The notes under the pieces: generated by a model
The model's database searches: none
What the model saw: the letters and a program-made list of their open reading frames with translations, nothing else
Told to the model about the DNA's origin: nothing
Position numbers and translations under genes: made by a program
Assembly (NCBI GenBank): GCA_963779755.1
Contig: CAVZZO010000003.1
Coordinates: forward strand, 640,001 to 704,000
Direction of reading: 5' to 3'
Origin: an uncultured Gemmatimonadales bacterium
GTDB lineage: Bacteria > Gemmatimonadota > Gemmatimonadetes > Gemmatimonadales > GWC2-71-9
Length of the DNA: 64,000 bases
Shown here: positions 36,100-46,774 of the stretch, piece by piece
Layout: each line of letters starts with the position of its first letter
How positions within the stretch are numbered: position 1 is the first letter of the stretch

Positions 36100-36841
36100 T
36101 CAGGATCCGCGCTCCGTCCTTGAGCACCACCACCGTGTGCTCGAAATGGGCCGAGAGGAGGCCGTCGGCGGTCACGACGGTCCATTTGTCGGTGAGGGTC
36201 CGGGTGGCGGGGCTTCCCTGGGTGATCATCGGCTCGATGGCGATGGTCATGTTCTCGGCCAGCCGGGGCCCCCGCCCGGGGCGGCCGTAGTTGGGGATCT
36301 GGGGCTCCTCGTGGAACGAGGTGCCGATCCCGTGACCCACCAGCTCCTTTACCACGCCGAAATCCGCCCTTTCGGCCACCTGCTGTACCGCGTGGCCGAT
36401 ATCGCCTACATGATTCCCCGCGCGCACCGCGCCGATCCCGGCCGCGAGGCATTCCTGGGTCACCCGGAGCAGCCGGGTGGCCTCGGGGGAGATCTCGCCC
36501 ACGGGAAGCGTGGTGGCGCTGTCGGCATGGAGCCCGTCGATGCAGACCCCCACGTCCACGCTGACGACGTTGCCCTCCCGCAGCACGCGGCGCCCTGAGG
36601 GGATCCCGTGGACGATCTCTTCGTTGATCGAGGTGCAGAGTGTGGCTGGAAAGCCGTAGAGGCCCTTGAAGGACGGCATGGCGCCCGGATGGCTGCGGAT
36701 GAACTCCTCCGCGACCTGGTCGAGATCGGCGGTGCTGAGCCCGGGACGGACGGTACGAGCCAGCAGGTTCAGCGTGGCGCCCACGATGCGGCCGGCCTGG
36801 GCCATCGCCTCCAGCTCGCGCGGAGACTTGATGGTGATCAC
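36089..36841 (-). CDS. map: type I methionyl aminopeptidase
   Basis: SINEEIVHGIP, GHGIG..FHEEP, IEPM, SAHFEHT. Confidence 0.96.
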   Translation of the reverse strand: MITIKSPRELEAMAQAGRIVGATLNLLARTVRPGLSTADLDQVAEEFIRSHPGAMPSFKGLYGFPATLCTSINEEIVHGIPSGRRVLREGNVVSVDVGVCIDGLHADSATTLPVGEISPEATRLLRVTQECLAAGIGAVRAGNHVGDIGHAVQQVAERADFGVVKELVGHGIGTSFHEEPQIPNYGRPGRGPRLAENMTIAIEPMITQGSPATRTLTDKWTVVTADGLLSAHFEHTVVVLKDGARILTTP

Positions 36842-37404
36842 TACCGGCCCAGCACCTGCCGTACGCGGCCGGCGATCTCCTCCACGCTGCCCACGGCATC
36901 GATGACGTCCACCGTCCCGTGACGGCGGTACCAGTCCAGCACCGGAGCGGTCTGCGCCCGGTAGGCCTTGAGGCGGGTGGCCACCGCGTCCGGGTCGTCG
37001 TCGGCGCGGCCCTCCTGCGCGCGGCGCTTCTCCAGCCGGTCGATGATCTCCTGGTCGGGAACATCGAAGAACAGGATGTGATCCATCTTCCGCCCGCTTT
37101 CTCCCAGCAGCTGCTCCACCCCCTCGGCCTGCGCCACGGTGCGCACCACCCCGTCAAGGATAACGCCCTGGCGGGCGCCATCCTTGGAGAGCTCATCCCG
37201 CACCACCCCCAGGATGAGATCGTCACTGACCAGGTGGCCCGCCTCCATCACCGCCTTGACCTTCCGGCCGATGGGCGTGCCCCGCTTCACCGCGTCCCGC
37301 AGCAGATCACCGGTGGCGAATTTCGGAAGGCCGAGGCGCCGGGCGAGGAGGGCGCCCTGGGTGCCCTTGCCGGCGCCGGGGGGACCGAGGAGGAGGATGT
37401 CCAT
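36841..37404 (-). CDS. adk: adenylate kinase (short LID)
   Basis: GPPGAGKGTQ, TGDLLR, LDG..R, RADD. Confidence 0.96.
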   Translation of the reverse strand: MDILLLGPPGAGKGTQGALLARRLGLPKFATGDLLRDAVKRGTPIGRKVKAVMEAGHLVSDDLILGVVRDELSKDGARQGVILDGVVRTVAQAEGVEQLLGESGRKMDHILFFDVPDQEIIDRLEKRRAQEGRADDDPDAVATRLKAYRAQTAPVLDWYRRHGTVDVIDAVGSVEEIAGRVRQVLGR

Positions 37405-37406
37405 GG

Positions 37407-37484
37407 AGTCGCTGGTCGCTAGTCGTTAGTCGTTGGCCGCCGGGGAATGACTCGCTAGCGACTAATGACTAGTGACTAGCGACG
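37407..37484. repeat. inverted tandem repeat, 7-nt unit AGTCGYT / ARYGACT
   Basis: 4-5 heptamers per arm filling the secY-adk spacer. Confidence 0.88.
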
Positions 37485-37488
37485 ATCG

Positions 37489-38799
37489 TCAGATATACCG
37501 CTGCCGCCCCCGGAACTTCACCCGGCCGGTCTTCATGAAGCTGTCGTACTTGCGCAGCTGCCGGTGCTGTTCCACCTGGGCAATGGTATCGAGGAGGGTG
37601 CCGACGACGATCAGGACGCTGGTGCCGCCGAACACGGCCTGGATGCCCAGCTTGCTGCTCACCAGGATGGGGACCAGGGCTACCACGGCCAGGAAGATGG
37701 CGCCGGGGAAGGTCACCCGCCCCAGCACGGCGTCGATGTAATCGGCGGTGCTGGCGCCCGGCTTCACCCCGGGAATGAACCCGCCCTGCTTCTTCAGGTT
37801 TTCCGCCAGGTCCACCGAATTGAAGATGATGGACGTGTAGAAATAGCTGAACAGCAGGATCATGATGGTGAAGATGATGATGTACGGCAGATCGCCCGGG
37901 CGGAAGAAATCGGCCATGCTGGTCAGAACGTCGTTCTTGGTGACGCTGGCCAGGGTTCCCGGAACGATGATGATCGTCTGGGCAAAGATGATCGGCATGA
38001 CGCTCGCCGTCAGGAGCCGGATGGGGATGAAGGTTTTCTGGCTCTCCCGCACCCGCCCGCGGCCCATGACCTTCCGGGGGATCTGGATGGGGATCCGCCG
38101 GGCGGCGATCGTCATGGCGGTGGTCGCCGCCACGATGACGATGATGAGGGCGATGAAGCCCAGCGCCCCGAACAGCGACATGGCGCCGGCGCGGATGTAC
38201 TGGAACATGTTGACCAGCCCGGGCCAGAGCCGGTCGAGAATCGAGAAGGTAATGAGCAGGCTCATGCCGTTCCCGATGCCCCGTTCGGTAATCTGCTCGC
38301 CCAGCCACATCACGAAGATGGCCCCGGTGGTCAGGGTCACCATCATCAGGATGCGGAAGCCGAAGTCGGGGTTGGCCACCGCCCCCGGAATGGACTCGGT
38401 AAAGAGAGCGAAGGTATAGGCCTGGGACGCCGCGATGAGGATCGTGATGTAGCGCGTCCACTGCGTCAGTTTCTTCTTGCCCTCTTCATCCTGCTGCATT
38501 TTGCCCACCGACGGCATGACCCCGCCCGCCAGCTGGAAGACGATGCTGGCGGAGATGTAGGGCATGATGCCCAGGGCGAACACCGTGGCGCGGGAGAGCC
38601 CGCCGCCCAGCATGTCGTAGAGCCCGAAGAAGCCGGCGGCGGCCGAATTCCGGAGGTAGTCCGCCAGCGCGGTCGCGTTCACCCCGGGAGCCACGATATG
38701 GGCGCCGACCCGGTAGATCACCAGGGTCAGCAGGGTGAACAGGAGCTTGCGCTTGAGCTCGTCGTCGATCGCGAGCCCGGGAACGCGGGGTGCCGTCAC
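37489..38799 (-). CDS. secY: preprotein translocase subunit SecY
   Basis: FALGIMPYISASI, WLGEQITERGIGNG.SL, FIPGVKPG, FGGTS. Confidence 0.97.
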   Translation of the reverse strand: MTAPRVPGLAIDDELKRKLLFTLLTLVIYRVGAHIVAPGVNATALADYLRNSAAAGFFGLYDMLGGGLSRATVFALGIMPYISASIVFQLAGGVMPSVGKMQQDEEGKKKLTQWTRYITILIAASQAYTFALFTESIPGAVANPDFGFRILMMVTLTTGAIFVMWLGEQITERGIGNGMSLLITFSILDRLWPGLVNMFQYIRAGAMSLFGALGFIALIIVIVAATTAMTIAARRIPIQIPRKVMGRGRVRESQKTFIPIRLLTASVMPIIFAQTIIIVPGTLASVTKNDVLTSMADFFRPGDLPYIIIFTIMILLFSYFYTSIIFNSVDLAENLKKQGGFIPGVKPGASTADYIDAVLGRVTFPGAIFLAVVALVPILVSSKLGIQAVFGGTSVLIVVGTLLDTIAQVEQHRQLRKYDSFMKTGRVKFRGRQRYI

Positions 38800-39258
38800 T
38801 TAGGCCTCGACGCTGCCGCCGGCGGCTTCGATCTTGGCGCGGGCGGAGGCGGAGACCGGCACGCCGCTGACGGCGTAGGCCCGGTCCGCATCGCCGGTGC
38901 CGAGGATCTTCACCGGGTCGGACGGCCTGGCGATCAGGCCGGCAGCGGCCAGCGTATCGGGAGTCACCTCGGTGCCTCCCAGCTGCCGCAGGGCCTGCAG
39001 ATTCACGGGTTGGGCCCGTTCCCTGAACGGGTTGGTAAAGCCGCGCTTGGGCAGCCGCCGGTAGATCGGCATCTGCCCGCCCTCGAAGCCGGGGTTGGTG
39101 GAGCCGCCGGTCCGGGCCTTGTGACCCTTGTGCCCGCGGCCCGCCGTCTTGCCCAGGCCGCTGCCGGGCCCCCGCCCCACCCGCTTGCGCGGCTGGGTGG
39201 AGCCGGGCGCCGGCCGCAGGTTCGAGAGGGTGATCGGCGTTCTGGTTTCGTCCGCCAT
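38800..39258 (-). CDS. rplO: 50S ribosomal protein L15
   Basis: KRVGRG.GSG.GKT, FEGGQMP. Confidence 0.97.
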   Translation of the reverse strand: MADETRTPITLSNLRPAPGSTQPRKRVGRGPGSGLGKTAGRGHKGHKARTGGSTNPGFEGGQMPIYRRLPKRGFTNPFRERAQPVNLQALRQLGGTEVTPDTLAAAGLIARPSDPVKILGTGDADRAYAVSGVPVSASARAKIEAAGGSVEA

Positions 39259-39465
39259 TTATCGATTCTCCGCCGGCGTCACCTGCACCAGGTGGCGCAC
39301 CTTGAACAACATGCCGCGAATGGAGGGCGTGTCCGACACCTCCACCGTCTGCTGATGATGCCGCAGCCCCAGCGCCCGCAGGGTGCGCCGGTAGGTCTCG
39401 GCGTGGCCGATCTCCGAGCGCACCTGCTTCACGCGTAGCCGCGCCGCCGCCGTCTGCTCAGGCAT
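39259..39465 (-). CDS. rpmD: 50S ribosomal protein L30
   Basis: [23 protein letters not shown]; synteny. Confidence 0.95.
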   Translation of the reverse strand: MPEQTAAARLRVKQVRSEIGHAETYRRTLRALGLRHHQQTVEVSDTPSIRGMLFKVRHLVQVTPAENR

Positions 39466-40153
39466 TGGCGACCTCCTGCCGTCCCCGGAAGGGGATCTGG
39501 TCGAGCTCCAGCCCGCGCTCCCGCGCCACCTGCCGCGCGGTGATCAGGCTGGTGAGCCCGTCCATGGTGGCGCGCACCATGTTGTGCGGGTTGGTCGAGC
39601 CCAGGCACTTGGTGAGGATATCGGTGATGCCGGCGCAGACCAGCACCGCGCGCACCGGGCCTCCCGCGATAATGCCGGTCCCGCTGGCGGCCGGCTTGAG
39701 CAGCACCCGGCCCGCGCCATGATGGCCCAGGATCTCGTGCGGGATGGTGGCGCCCACCCGGGGCACCTCGGTCATTCCCCGCCGCGCTCCCTCGACCGCC
39801 TTGCGCACCGCCTCGGAGACCTCATTCGCCTTGCCGGTGGCAATCCCGACCCGGCCGCGCCCGTCGCCCACCGCCACCAGCGCGTTGAACGAGAACCGGC
39901 GCCCGCCCTTGACCACCTTGGCCACGCGATTGATGGCGATCACGTTTTCGATCAGATCGCTGCCATGTTCCCGGTCGCGGTCGCGCCGGCCGCCCCGGCC
40001 GCGGTCACCCCGCTGCCGCCCGCGCCCCCGGCCCCCGCCGCCGCCGCCTTCCCGCTGCTGCGCCGGCGGCGCCGACGGTGTCGACTGCGCCTCCCGCTCG
40101 GGCGACGCTTCGGTGGGCGTCTCTGCCGCTGGGGTCTTCTGCTCTTCGGCCAT
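39458..40153 (-). CDS. rpsE: 30S ribosomal protein S5 (N-terminal extension)
   Basis: [24 protein letters not shown]. Confidence 0.97.
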   Translation of the reverse strand: MAEEQKTPAAETPTEASPEREAQSTPSAPPAQQREGGGGGGRGRGRQRGDRGRGGRRDRDREHGSDLIENVIAINRVAKVVKGGRRFSFNALVAVGDGRGRVGIATGKANEVSEAVRKAVEGARRGMTEVPRVGATIPHEILGHHGAGRVLLKPAASGTGIIAGGPVRAVLVCAGITDILTKCLGSTNPHNMVRATMDGLTSLITARQVARERGLELDQIPFRGRQEVANA

Positions 40154-40155
40154 CG

Positions 40156-40527
40156 TCAGAACTCCAATCCGCCGGCGCGGGCGCCGTCTGCGACGGCCCG
40201 CACGCGCCCATGATATCGATATCCGCCGCGATCGAACACGACCGGGCCGTAGCCTGCCGCCTTCGCCTTGCTGGCCAGGAGCTGCCCGACCGCCTTGGCC
40301 CGGGCCACCTTGCCGGCGCCTTCCACGGCCAGCCCCTCGCTGGTGTCCGCCACCCCCAGCAGGGTCACGCCCCGCTCGTCGTCCACCAGCTGGGCATAGA
40401 TGTGCTTGAGGCTGCGGAAGACGGCCAGCCGGGGGCGGGCCGCCGTCCCGGCGACCTTCTTCCGGACCCGGAGGTGACGGCGATAGCGCCGCTCCGGCCG
40501 CGTCTTGGGTGCATGAATCCCGCGCAT
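40156..40527 (-). CDS. rplR: 50S ribosomal protein L18
   Basis: [22 protein letters not shown]. Confidence 0.97.
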   Translation of the reverse strand: MRGIHAPKTRPERRYRRHLRVRKKVAGTAARPRLAVFRSLKHIYAQLVDDERGVTLLGVADTSEGLAVEGAGKVARAKAVGQLLASKAKAAGYGPVVFDRGGYRYHGRVRAVADGARAGGLEF

Positions 40528-40530
40528 CGG

Positions 40531-41070
40531 TTACTTCGCTCCTGTCTTGCCGGCCTTCCGGCGCACCTGTTCACCCTGGTAGCGGACGCCCTTGCCCTTG
40601 TAGGGTTCGGGGGGCCGCACCGCCCGCAGCTCCGCGGCCACCTGGCCCACCAGTTCCTTGTCGGCTCCGTCGATGCGGACCACCGTATTGTTGTCGACCG
40701 TGATCTTGATCCCGGCGGGGGCCTTGTAGGCCACCGGATGGGAAAACCCGACCACGAGATTGACGCCGTAGGGCCGGGGCTCCGCCTTGTAGCCGACGCC
40801 CTGGATCTCCAGGGTGCGGCTGAAGCCGGTGGCCACGCCGTCGACCATGTTCTGCACCAGGGTGCGGGTGAGCCCGTGCAGCGCCTTGTGCCGCTGCTCC
40901 TCGCTGGGCCGCTGGACCGTGACCTGGCCGTCCGCCATGCCGACGATCATGTCCCGGTGCAGGGTCCGCCGCAGCTCGCCCCGGGGGCCCTTGGCGGTGA
41001 CCGTATGCCCGTCGATGGTGAGGGTCACCCCTGGGGGGATGACGACGGGCTTCTTGCCGATACGCGACAT
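40531..41070 (-). CDS. rplF: 50S ribosomal protein L6
   Basis: [18 protein letters not shown]. Confidence 0.97.
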   Translation of the reverse strand: MSRIGKKPVVIPPGVTLTIDGHTVTAKGPRGELRRTLHRDMIVGMADGQVTVQRPSEEQRHKALHGLTRTLVQNMVDGVATGFSRTLEIQGVGYKAEPRPYGVNLVVGFSHPVAYKAPAGIKITVDNNTVVRIDGADKELVGQVAAELRAVRPPEPYKGKGVRYQGEQVRRKAGKTGAK

Positions 41071-41078
41071 GCTCGCTC

Positions 41079-41474
41079 CTACCAGACGACGGCGAGCAGT
41101 TCGCCGCCGAGATGGGCCGACCGGGCGTCGCGGTCGCTCATGAGCCCGCGCGAGGTCGAGACGATCGCCATCCCCAGGCCGTTCTTGACCCGGGGCAGGT
41201 CGCGGCACTTCACGTAGCGCCGCAGGCCGGGCGTGCTCACGCGCCGCAGCTCCCGGATGACCGGCGATTCGTTGTGATACTTCAGGTAGACCCGGAGCAC
41301 GCCGTGCGCACCGTCATCGAGGAGCTTGAAGTCCGCGATGTAGTGGTTGTCGCGCAGCAGCCGGGCGAACTCGGTGCGCAGTTTCGAGACCGGCATGTCC
41401 ACTCTCCGGTGGCCTGCATCGCAGGCGTTCCGGATGCGGGTCAGCATGTCCGCTACGGGATCCGTCATGCTCAT
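41079..41474 (-). CDS. rpsH: 30S ribosomal protein S8
   Basis: DPVADMLTRIRN, STPGLRRY, GGE. Confidence 0.97.
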   Translation of the reverse strand: MSMTDPVADMLTRIRNACDAGHRRVDMPVSKLRTEFARLLRDNHYIADFKLLDDGAHGVLRVYLKYHNESPVIRELRRVSTPGLRRYVKCRDLPRVKNGLGMAIVSTSRGLMSDRDARSAHLGGELLAVVW

Positions 41475-41488
41475 ACGTCGACCGCTCC

Positions 41489-41674
41489 TTACCAGCTGGC
41501 CTTGCGCACGCCCGGGATTTCTCCCCGCAGCGCGAGCTCACGGAAGCAGATGCGGCAGAGACCGAACCGGCGCAGATACGCCCGCACCCGGCCACACCGC
41601 TGACAGCGCCGCACCGTCCGCGAGGAGAATTTGGGGGTGCGCTTGGCTTTTTCGATCCAACAGGTCTTGGCCAT
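41489..41674 (-). CDS. rpsZ: 30S ribosomal protein S14 type Z (zinc-binding)
   Basis: 61 aa, CQRC..CRIC. Confidence 0.95.
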   Translation of the reverse strand: MAKTCWIEKAKRTPKFSSRTVRRCQRCGRVRAYLRRFGLCRICFRELALRGEIPGVRKASW

Positions 41675-41703
41675 GATTCCTCAAGTTCCTTCAGTTCATG
41701 TAC

Positions 41704-41770
41704 CGGGAAGAGGGAAAGGGGAACGGGGAAAAGGCCTGCCGGTTCCCACTTCCCTGTTCCCCGTTTCCCG
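41704..41770. repeat. inverted tandem repeat, 7-nt unit NGGGAAN / NTTCCCN
   Basis: 4 units per arm in the rplE-rpsZ spacer. Confidence 0.85.
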
Positions 41771-41773
41771 CCG

Positions 41774-42436
41774 TTACCCCACCACCGCCGGCGTTTCGCC
41801 CCGGAAGGGCCAGCCGAATCCGCGCAGCAGGGCCAGGCCCAAGTCGTCCCTCGTCGCCGAGGTGACCAGGGTGATGTCCATGCCGTGGATCTTCTCCACC
41901 CGGTCGAAATCGATCTCGGGGAAGATCATCTGCTCCTTCACGCCGAAGGAGTAGTTGCCCCGCCCGTCGAAACTCTTGTTGGGCAGCCCGCGGAAATCGC
42001 GCGTGCGCGGCACCGCGATATTGATGAACCGGTCGAGGAACTCGTACATCCGGGCGCCCCGCAGCGTGACCGTCACTCCGACCGGCATGCCCGCCCGCAA
42101 CCCGAAGTTGGAGATCGCCTTCTTGGCGCGGGTGATCACCGCCCGCTGGCCGGCGATGGCGGTGACTTCCTCCACCACCGTCTCCAGCAGCTTGGGGTTC
42201 TTCGACGCCTCGCCCAGGCCGACGTTGAGAACGACCTTCACCAGCCGGGGAATCTGGTGCGGATTGCGCAGGCCGAAGTCGCGCGCCAGCGCCGGGCGGA
42301 CCACCTGGTCGTAGTGCGTCCGCAGCCGGGGCACGCCCTCGGAAGCCTTCGGCGCCGCGTCGGTGTTCGCGGCGGCGGCCTTGTCCCGGTTCTTCTTGCC
42401 GCCCGCGGACGGCTTCTGTTCCTTCACCTTCGCCAT
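41774..42436 (-). CDS. rplE: 50S ribosomal protein L5 (N-terminal extension)
   Basis: [20 protein letters not shown]. Confidence 0.97.
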   Translation of the reverse strand: MAKVKEQKPSAGGKKNRDKAAAANTDAAPKASEGVPRLRTHYDQVVRPALARDFGLRNPHQIPRLVKVVLNVGLGEASKNPKLLETVVEEVTAIAGQRAVITRAKKAISNFGLRAGMPVGVTVTLRGARMYEFLDRFINIAVPRTRDFRGLPNKSFDGRGNYSFGVKEQMIFPEIDFDRVEKIHGMDITLVTSATRDDLGLALLRGFGWPFRGETPAVVG

Positions 42437-42439
42437 GGC

Positions 42440-42826
42440 TTATCGGCTCCTCGGGACCGGTTGTCCCGACTTCACCGCGATCCGCTCCACGGTTCCGTCC
42501 GCGTCCTTGCGGCGCCGGACCCGGGTCGGCTCGCCCGTCTTGGGATCGATCAGCATCGCCTTCGAGTGATGAATCGGCGCGGGGAACTCGATGATCCCCG
42601 CCTCCGCATTGGCCGTGGCGCTGCGATGGCGCTTCACCACGTTCACCCCTTCCACCACGATGCGGCCCTTGCGCGGCAATACCCGCAGCACCGTGCCCCG
42701 GCGGCCCTTCGCTTCGCCGGAGATGATCTGCACGGTGTCGCCCTTCGTCATGGGCAGCTTCATCGGCTGCGGCGCCGGCTTCCGCCGGCGCTGGCCGCGC
42801 GTCTTCTTGTAGACCAGCGGCTTCAT
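42440..42826 (-). CDS. rplX: 50S ribosomal protein L24
   Basis: KGDTV.IISG..KG, VEGVN. Confidence 0.95.
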   Translation of the reverse strand: MKPLVYKKTRGQRRRKPAPQPMKLPMTKGDTVQIISGEAKGRRGTVLRVLPRKGRIVVEGVNVVKRHRSATANAEAGIIEFPAPIHHSKAMLIDPKTGEPTRVRRRKDADGTVERIAVKSGQPVPRSR

Positions 42827-42827
42827 A

Positions 42828-43196
42828 TCAGAGCACCTCCGGCGCCAGCGAGACGATCTTCATGTATTTCTTCTCGCGCAGCTCCCGCGCGACCGGCCCG
42901 AAGATGCGGGTGGCCCGCGGCTCGCCGTTATCGGTGATCAGGACCGCGGCGTTCTCGTCGAACCGGATGTAGGTCCCGTCCCGCCGCCGTGTTTCCTTGG
43001 CCGTGCGCACGATGACCGCCTTGGCCACGTCGCCCTTCTTCACCTGCCCGGCCGGGATGGCGTCCTTGATGGCCACCACCACGCGATCGCCCACGCCGGC
43101 GTAGCGGCGCTTGCTGCCGCCCAGCACCCGGATGATGAGCGCTTTCCGCGCGCCGGAATTGTCCGCGATCTTGACGATCGACTCTTGCTGAATCAT
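42828..43196 (-). CDS. rplN: 50S ribosomal protein L14
   Basis: [22 protein letters not shown]. Confidence 0.98.
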   Translation of the reverse strand: MIQQESIVKIADNSGARKALIIRVLGGSKRRYAGVGDRVVVAIKDAIPAGQVKKGDVAKAVIVRTAKETRRRDGTYIRFDENAAVLITDNGEPRATRIFGPVARELREKKYMKIVSLAPEVL

Positions 43197-43262
43197 GACC
43201 GAATTCTCGGTTAGTGCCTTCGGTTACCGCCGGCGTGCTCCGGGCCCGGCGGGCGTTTCGCG

Positions 43263-43550
43263 CTACTTCGCCCGCTCCACCACCTCGACCACCCGCCAGC
43301 TGACCGTCTTCGCCAGCGGCCGCGTTTCCATGATCCGGACGGTATCGCCCGTGTGGGCATCCATCTCGTTCCGCGCCTTGACCCGCTTGGTCCGCAGCAC
43401 CTGCTTGCCGTAGATCGGGTGGGCGAAGCGCCGGGTCAGCTCGACCGTCACGGTCTTGGTCATCTTATCGCTCACCACCAGGCCCACGCGCGCCTTGCGA
43501 TGGCTGCGGGTGGCGGTGGCCTGCTCGTCGGACTGCGTCTTCTCTGCCAT
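43263..43550 (-). CDS. rpsQ: 30S ribosomal protein S17
   Basis: GLVVSDKMTKT, ETRPLAK. Confidence 0.96.
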   Translation of the reverse strand: MAEKTQSDEQATATRSHRKARVGLVVSDKMTKTVTVELTRRFAHPIYGKQVLRTKRVKARNEMDAHTGDTVRIMETRPLAKTVSWRVVEVVERAK

Positions 43551-43568
43551 GTCGGTCTCCGTCTCCGG

Positions 43569-43760
43569 TTACTGGGCCGCCCGCTCGCGCAGGATCGTGC
43601 GGATCCGCGCCACGTCCCGCCGCATCAGCCGGAAGCGGGCGGTATTGCCCACGTCTTCCGTCGCCGAGCGGAACCGGAGGCGGAACCGCTCCTCGGTGAT
43701 CTCCGCGAGCTTGGCCTTCAGCTCTTCGTCCGCCAGCTCCCGCAGTTCCTGGGGCTTCAT
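43569..43760 (-). CDS. rpmC: 50S ribosomal protein L29
   Basis: [16 protein letters not shown]; synteny. Confidence 0.95.
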   Translation of the reverse strand: MKPQELRELADEELKAKLAEITEERFRLRFRSATEDVGNTARFRLMRRDVARIRTILRERAAQ

Positions 43761-43764
43761 CGCG

Positions 43765-44178
43765 TCAACCCTCCATCCGCTTCACGAAGCGGGTCTTCAC
43801 CGGCAGCTTGGCCGCGGCCAGGTCCAGCGCCTTGCGGGCCAGCCCTTCGGTGACGCCCTCCACTTCGAACATGACCCGGCCCGGCTTCACCACCGCCACC
43901 CAGCCCTCGGGATTGCCCTTGCCCTTCCCCATGCGGGTCTCGGCCGGCTTCTTGGTGATCGGCTTGTCCGGGAAGATCCGGATCCAGACCTTGCCGCCGC
44001 GCTTCATTTCGCGCGTCATGGCGACACGGGCCGCTTCGATCTGCCGGTTGCTGATCCAGCCCGGATCGAGCGTCATGAGCCCGTACTCGCCAAAGGCGAC
44101 GGTATTCCCCCGGGTGGCCAGCCCCCGGGTGCGGCCCTTGAACCGCTTGCGAAATTTGACCCGTTTCGGCGCCAGCAT
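43765..44178 (-). CDS. rplP: 50S ribosomal protein L16
   Basis: [15 protein letters not shown]. Confidence 0.98.
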   Translation of the reverse strand: MLAPKRVKFRKRFKGRTRGLATRGNTVAFGEYGLMTLDPGWISNRQIEAARVAMTREMKRGGKVWIRIFPDKPITKKPAETRMGKGKGNPEGWVAVVKPGRVMFEVEGVTEGLARKALDLAAAKLPVKTRFVKRMEG

Positions 44179-44181
44179 GCC

Positions 44182-44841
44182 TTACGCTCCCGTGCTGTAC
44201 GTGCGGCCGGAGAGGTCTTCGACGATCTCGCCCTTGAAGATCCAGACCTTGATCCCGATCGCCCCGTACGTCGTCTTGGCCGTGGACACCGCGTAGTCGA
44301 TGTCGGCCCGCAGCGTGTGCAGGGGTACCCGGCCTTCGTGATAGCCTTCCGTCCGCGCGATCTCGGCGCCGCCCAGGCGGCCCGACGCGCGGACCTTGAT
44401 GCCCTGCCCGCCCATCCGCATGGTGCTCTGCACCGCCCGCTTCATGGCGCGGCGGAACGAGATCCGCTGCTGGATCTGGTGGGCAATATTGTCGGCGACC
44501 AGCTGGGCCGAGAGCTCGGGCCGCTTGATCTCTTCCACATTGACCGCGGCTTCCTTCCCGGTCAGCTGGGCCAGCTCGTCGCGCAGCTTGTCCACCTCGG
44601 CGCCCCGCTTGCCGATCACCACCCCGGGCCGCCCGGTATGGATGGTTACCGTCACCTTGCCCGGCCGCCGGTCGATGTGCACCTCGGCGATCGCCGCATG
44701 GCCCAGCCGCGCCTTGATGTACTTGCGGATGAGCTCGTCTTCCTTGAGCAACGCCGGCATGTCGCGGGTGGCGTACCAGCGCGACTTCCAGGGCTTGACG
44801 ATGCCCAGCCGGAAGCCGATCGGATGCGTTTTCTGACCCAT
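44182..44841 (-). CDS. rpsC: 30S ribosomal protein S3
   Basis: [26 protein letters not shown]. Confidence 0.98.
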   Translation of the reverse strand: MGQKTHPIGFRLGIVKPWKSRWYATRDMPALLKEDELIRKYIKARLGHAAIAEVHIDRRPGKVTVTIHTGRPGVVIGKRGAEVDKLRDELAQLTGKEAAVNVEEIKRPELSAQLVADNIAHQIQQRISFRRAMKRAVQSTMRMGGQGIKVRASGRLGGAEIARTEGYHEGRVPLHTLRADIDYAVSTAKTTYGAIGIKVWIFKGEIVEDLSGRTYSTGA

Positions 44842-45197
44842 TAGTCGCTCTCTCTCATGCCCACCGTGATCTCCACGTGGCTGGTCCGCTTCCGGATCGG
44901 GGTGGCCCGCCCCTGCGCCGCCGCGGTAAACCGCTTGAGCGGCTGGCCCATATTGACGATGGCGCGGGTGACCACCAGCTCGTCCACGTCAAACCGCTCG
45001 TTCGACTGCATGGCCTTCTGCTCGGCGTTGGCCACCGCGCTGCGCAGCGTCTTGGCGATCTGCCGCGCCGCCAGCTTCTTGCTGAACTTCAGAATGGCGT
45101 AGGCCTCGTTCACGTCCTTGCCCCGGATCTCGTCGATCACGAGCCGCATCTTGCGCGGGGACTGGCGCACCATTCGCTGGATTGCTCTGGCTTCCAT
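44841..45197 (-). CDS. rplV: 50S ribosomal protein L22
   Basis: [20 protein letters not shown]. Confidence 0.97.
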   Translation of the reverse strand: MEARAIQRMVRQSPRKMRLVIDEIRGKDVNEAYAILKFSKKLAARQIAKTLRSAVANAEQKAMQSNERFDVDELVVTRAIVNMGQPLKRFTAAAQGRATPIRKRTSHVEITVGMRESD

Positions 45198-45225
45198 ATC
45201 TGTTCTCAGTCCTCGTGACCGCCGG

Positions 45226-45516
45226 TTACGCGGGCTTGGCTTTCTTGTCGGCCACCAGCTTGCCGCTGTGGCCCCGGAACAGCCGCGTGGGGGCGAACTC
45301 GCCCAGCTTGTGCCCCACCATGTTCTCGGTGACGTACACCGGCACGAACTTGTTGCCGTTGTGCACCGCGAAGGTGTGACCCACGAACTCGGGCAGAATG
45401 GTGCTCGCCCGGCTCCAGGTCTTCACCACCCGCTTCTCGTTCTTCGAGTTCAGGATCTGCACTTTGGTGAGCAGAGCCGTCTGCACGAAGGGGCCTTTCT
45501 TGATGCTGCGTGACAT
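45226..45516 (-). CDS. rpsS: 30S ribosomal protein S19
   Basis: [27 protein letters not shown]. Confidence 0.97.
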   Translation of the reverse strand: MSRSIKKGPFVQTALLTKVQILNSKNEKRVVKTWSRASTILPEFVGHTFAVHNGNKFVPVYVTENMVGHKLGEFAPTRLFRGHSGKLVADKKAKPA

Positions 45517-45543
45517 ATCGCCAATCTCGGTTGTGAGCCTTAC

Positions 45544-45621
45544 CTCGACCCTCTCGACCCTCTCGACCTTCTCGACCACTCAGCCAGGTCGAGGAGGCTG
45601 AGGGGGCCGAGGTGGTCAAGG
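45544..45621. repeat. inverted tandem repeat, 9-nt unit CTCGACCCT
   Basis: 4 units, then GGTCGAGGA-type arm, in the rplB-rpsS spacer; same family as 8368. Confidence 0.88.
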
Positions 45622-45645
45622 CCAGGCGAGAAAGCCGCTCCCCCG

Positions 45646-46485
45646 CTACTTCGTCGCCTTCCCGCGCTTCCGGCCCCGTACGATGAGCCGGTTGGTGTTC
45701 TTCTTCGGGTGCCGCGTCTTCCGCCCCTCGGCCTTGCCCCAGGGCGAGACCGGCGGGCGCCCGCCGCTGCTCTTGCCCTCGCCGCCACCCAGCGGGTGAT
45801 CCACCGGGTTCTTGGCCACGCCGCGGACCTTGGGCCGCTTGCCCAGCCAGCGCTGCTTGCCCGCCTTGCCCACCGCGATCAGCTCGTGCTCGGCGTTGCC
45901 CACCTCGCCGATGGTGGCGAGACAGCGGCCCAGCACCCGGCGCATCTCGGAGCTGCGCAGCCGCAGCGTCACGTAGTCGCCTTCCTTGGCCATGACCTGC
46001 GCGCTGGTTCCCGCGCTCCGCGCCAGCTGCCCGCCCCGGCCCAGTTTCAGCTCCACGTTATGCACCGTGGTGCCCAACGGGATCTCGACCAGCGGCATGG
46101 CGTTCCCCACCCGGATGTCGCTGCCGGGGCCGGAGACGACCGTGTCGCCCTGCTGCAGCCCCTTGGGGTGGAGGATGTAGCGCTTCTCCCCGTCGGCGTA
46201 GACCACCAGCGCAATGCGGGCGCTGCGGTTGGGATCGTATTCGATCTCCGCCACCCGGCCCGGCACGCCGTGCTTGTCGCGCCGGAAGTCGATCCGCCGG
46301 TACTGCCGCTTGTGGCCGCCGCCCCGGTGGCGCGAGGTCAGGTGCCCCTGGTTGTTGCGGCCCCCGCTGCCGCGCAACGGCTCCAGCAGCGACTTCTCCG
46401 GGGTGTCCCGGGTGATCTCGTCGAAGCCGGAGACCATCCGGAACCGCGTGCCCGCGGTGATCGGTCGGAATTGCTTGATGCTCAT
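45646..46485 (-). CDS. rplB: 50S ribosomal protein L2
   Basis: [25 protein letters not shown]. Confidence 0.98.
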   Translation of the reverse strand: MSIKQFRPITAGTRFRMVSGFDEITRDTPEKSLLEPLRGSGGRNNQGHLTSRHRGGGHKRQYRRIDFRRDKHGVPGRVAEIEYDPNRSARIALVVYADGEKRYILHPKGLQQGDTVVSGPGSDIRVGNAMPLVEIPLGTTVHNVELKLGRGGQLARSAGTSAQVMAKEGDYVTLRLRSSEMRRVLGRCLATIGEVGNAEHELIAVGKAGKQRWLGKRPKVRGVAKNPVDHPLGGGEGKSSGGRPPVSPWGKAEGRKTRHPKKNTNRLIVRGRKRGKATK

Positions 46486-46486
46486 C

Positions 46487-46774
46487 TCAGCCCTCAAAGA
46501 CCGGAATCGTGTCGCCGTCCTTCAACGTGACCACCGCCTTCTTCCACCGGGCCGTGGTCCCGTGGGTGCGCCCCCGCGAGACCAGCTTGCGCCGCATCTG
46601 CATGGTGCGCACGCTGATCACCGTCACCTGGAACAGCCGCTCCAGCGCGTCGCGGATCTGGAGCTTGCTGGCCTCGGGGTGCACCTCGAAGGTGTACACC
46701 TTGCTCGCCTGGTAGGCGGCGGAGCTCTTCTCCGTCACCACCGGCCGGACGATCGTCTGGTGCAGGGTCGGCAT
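46487..46774 (-). CDS. rplW: 50S ribosomal protein L23
   Basis: [15 protein letters not shown]. Confidence 0.96.
   Translation of the reverse strand: MPTLHQTIVRPVVTEKSSAAYQASKVYTFEVHPEASKLQIRDALERLFQVTVISVRTMQMRRKLVSRGRTHGTTARWKKAVVTLKDGDTIPVFEG

Noticed and set aside
43198..43262. TAACCGA direct repeat and small hairpins in the rpsQ-rplN spacer
   Set aside because: Only two copies; too short to call an element or promoter.
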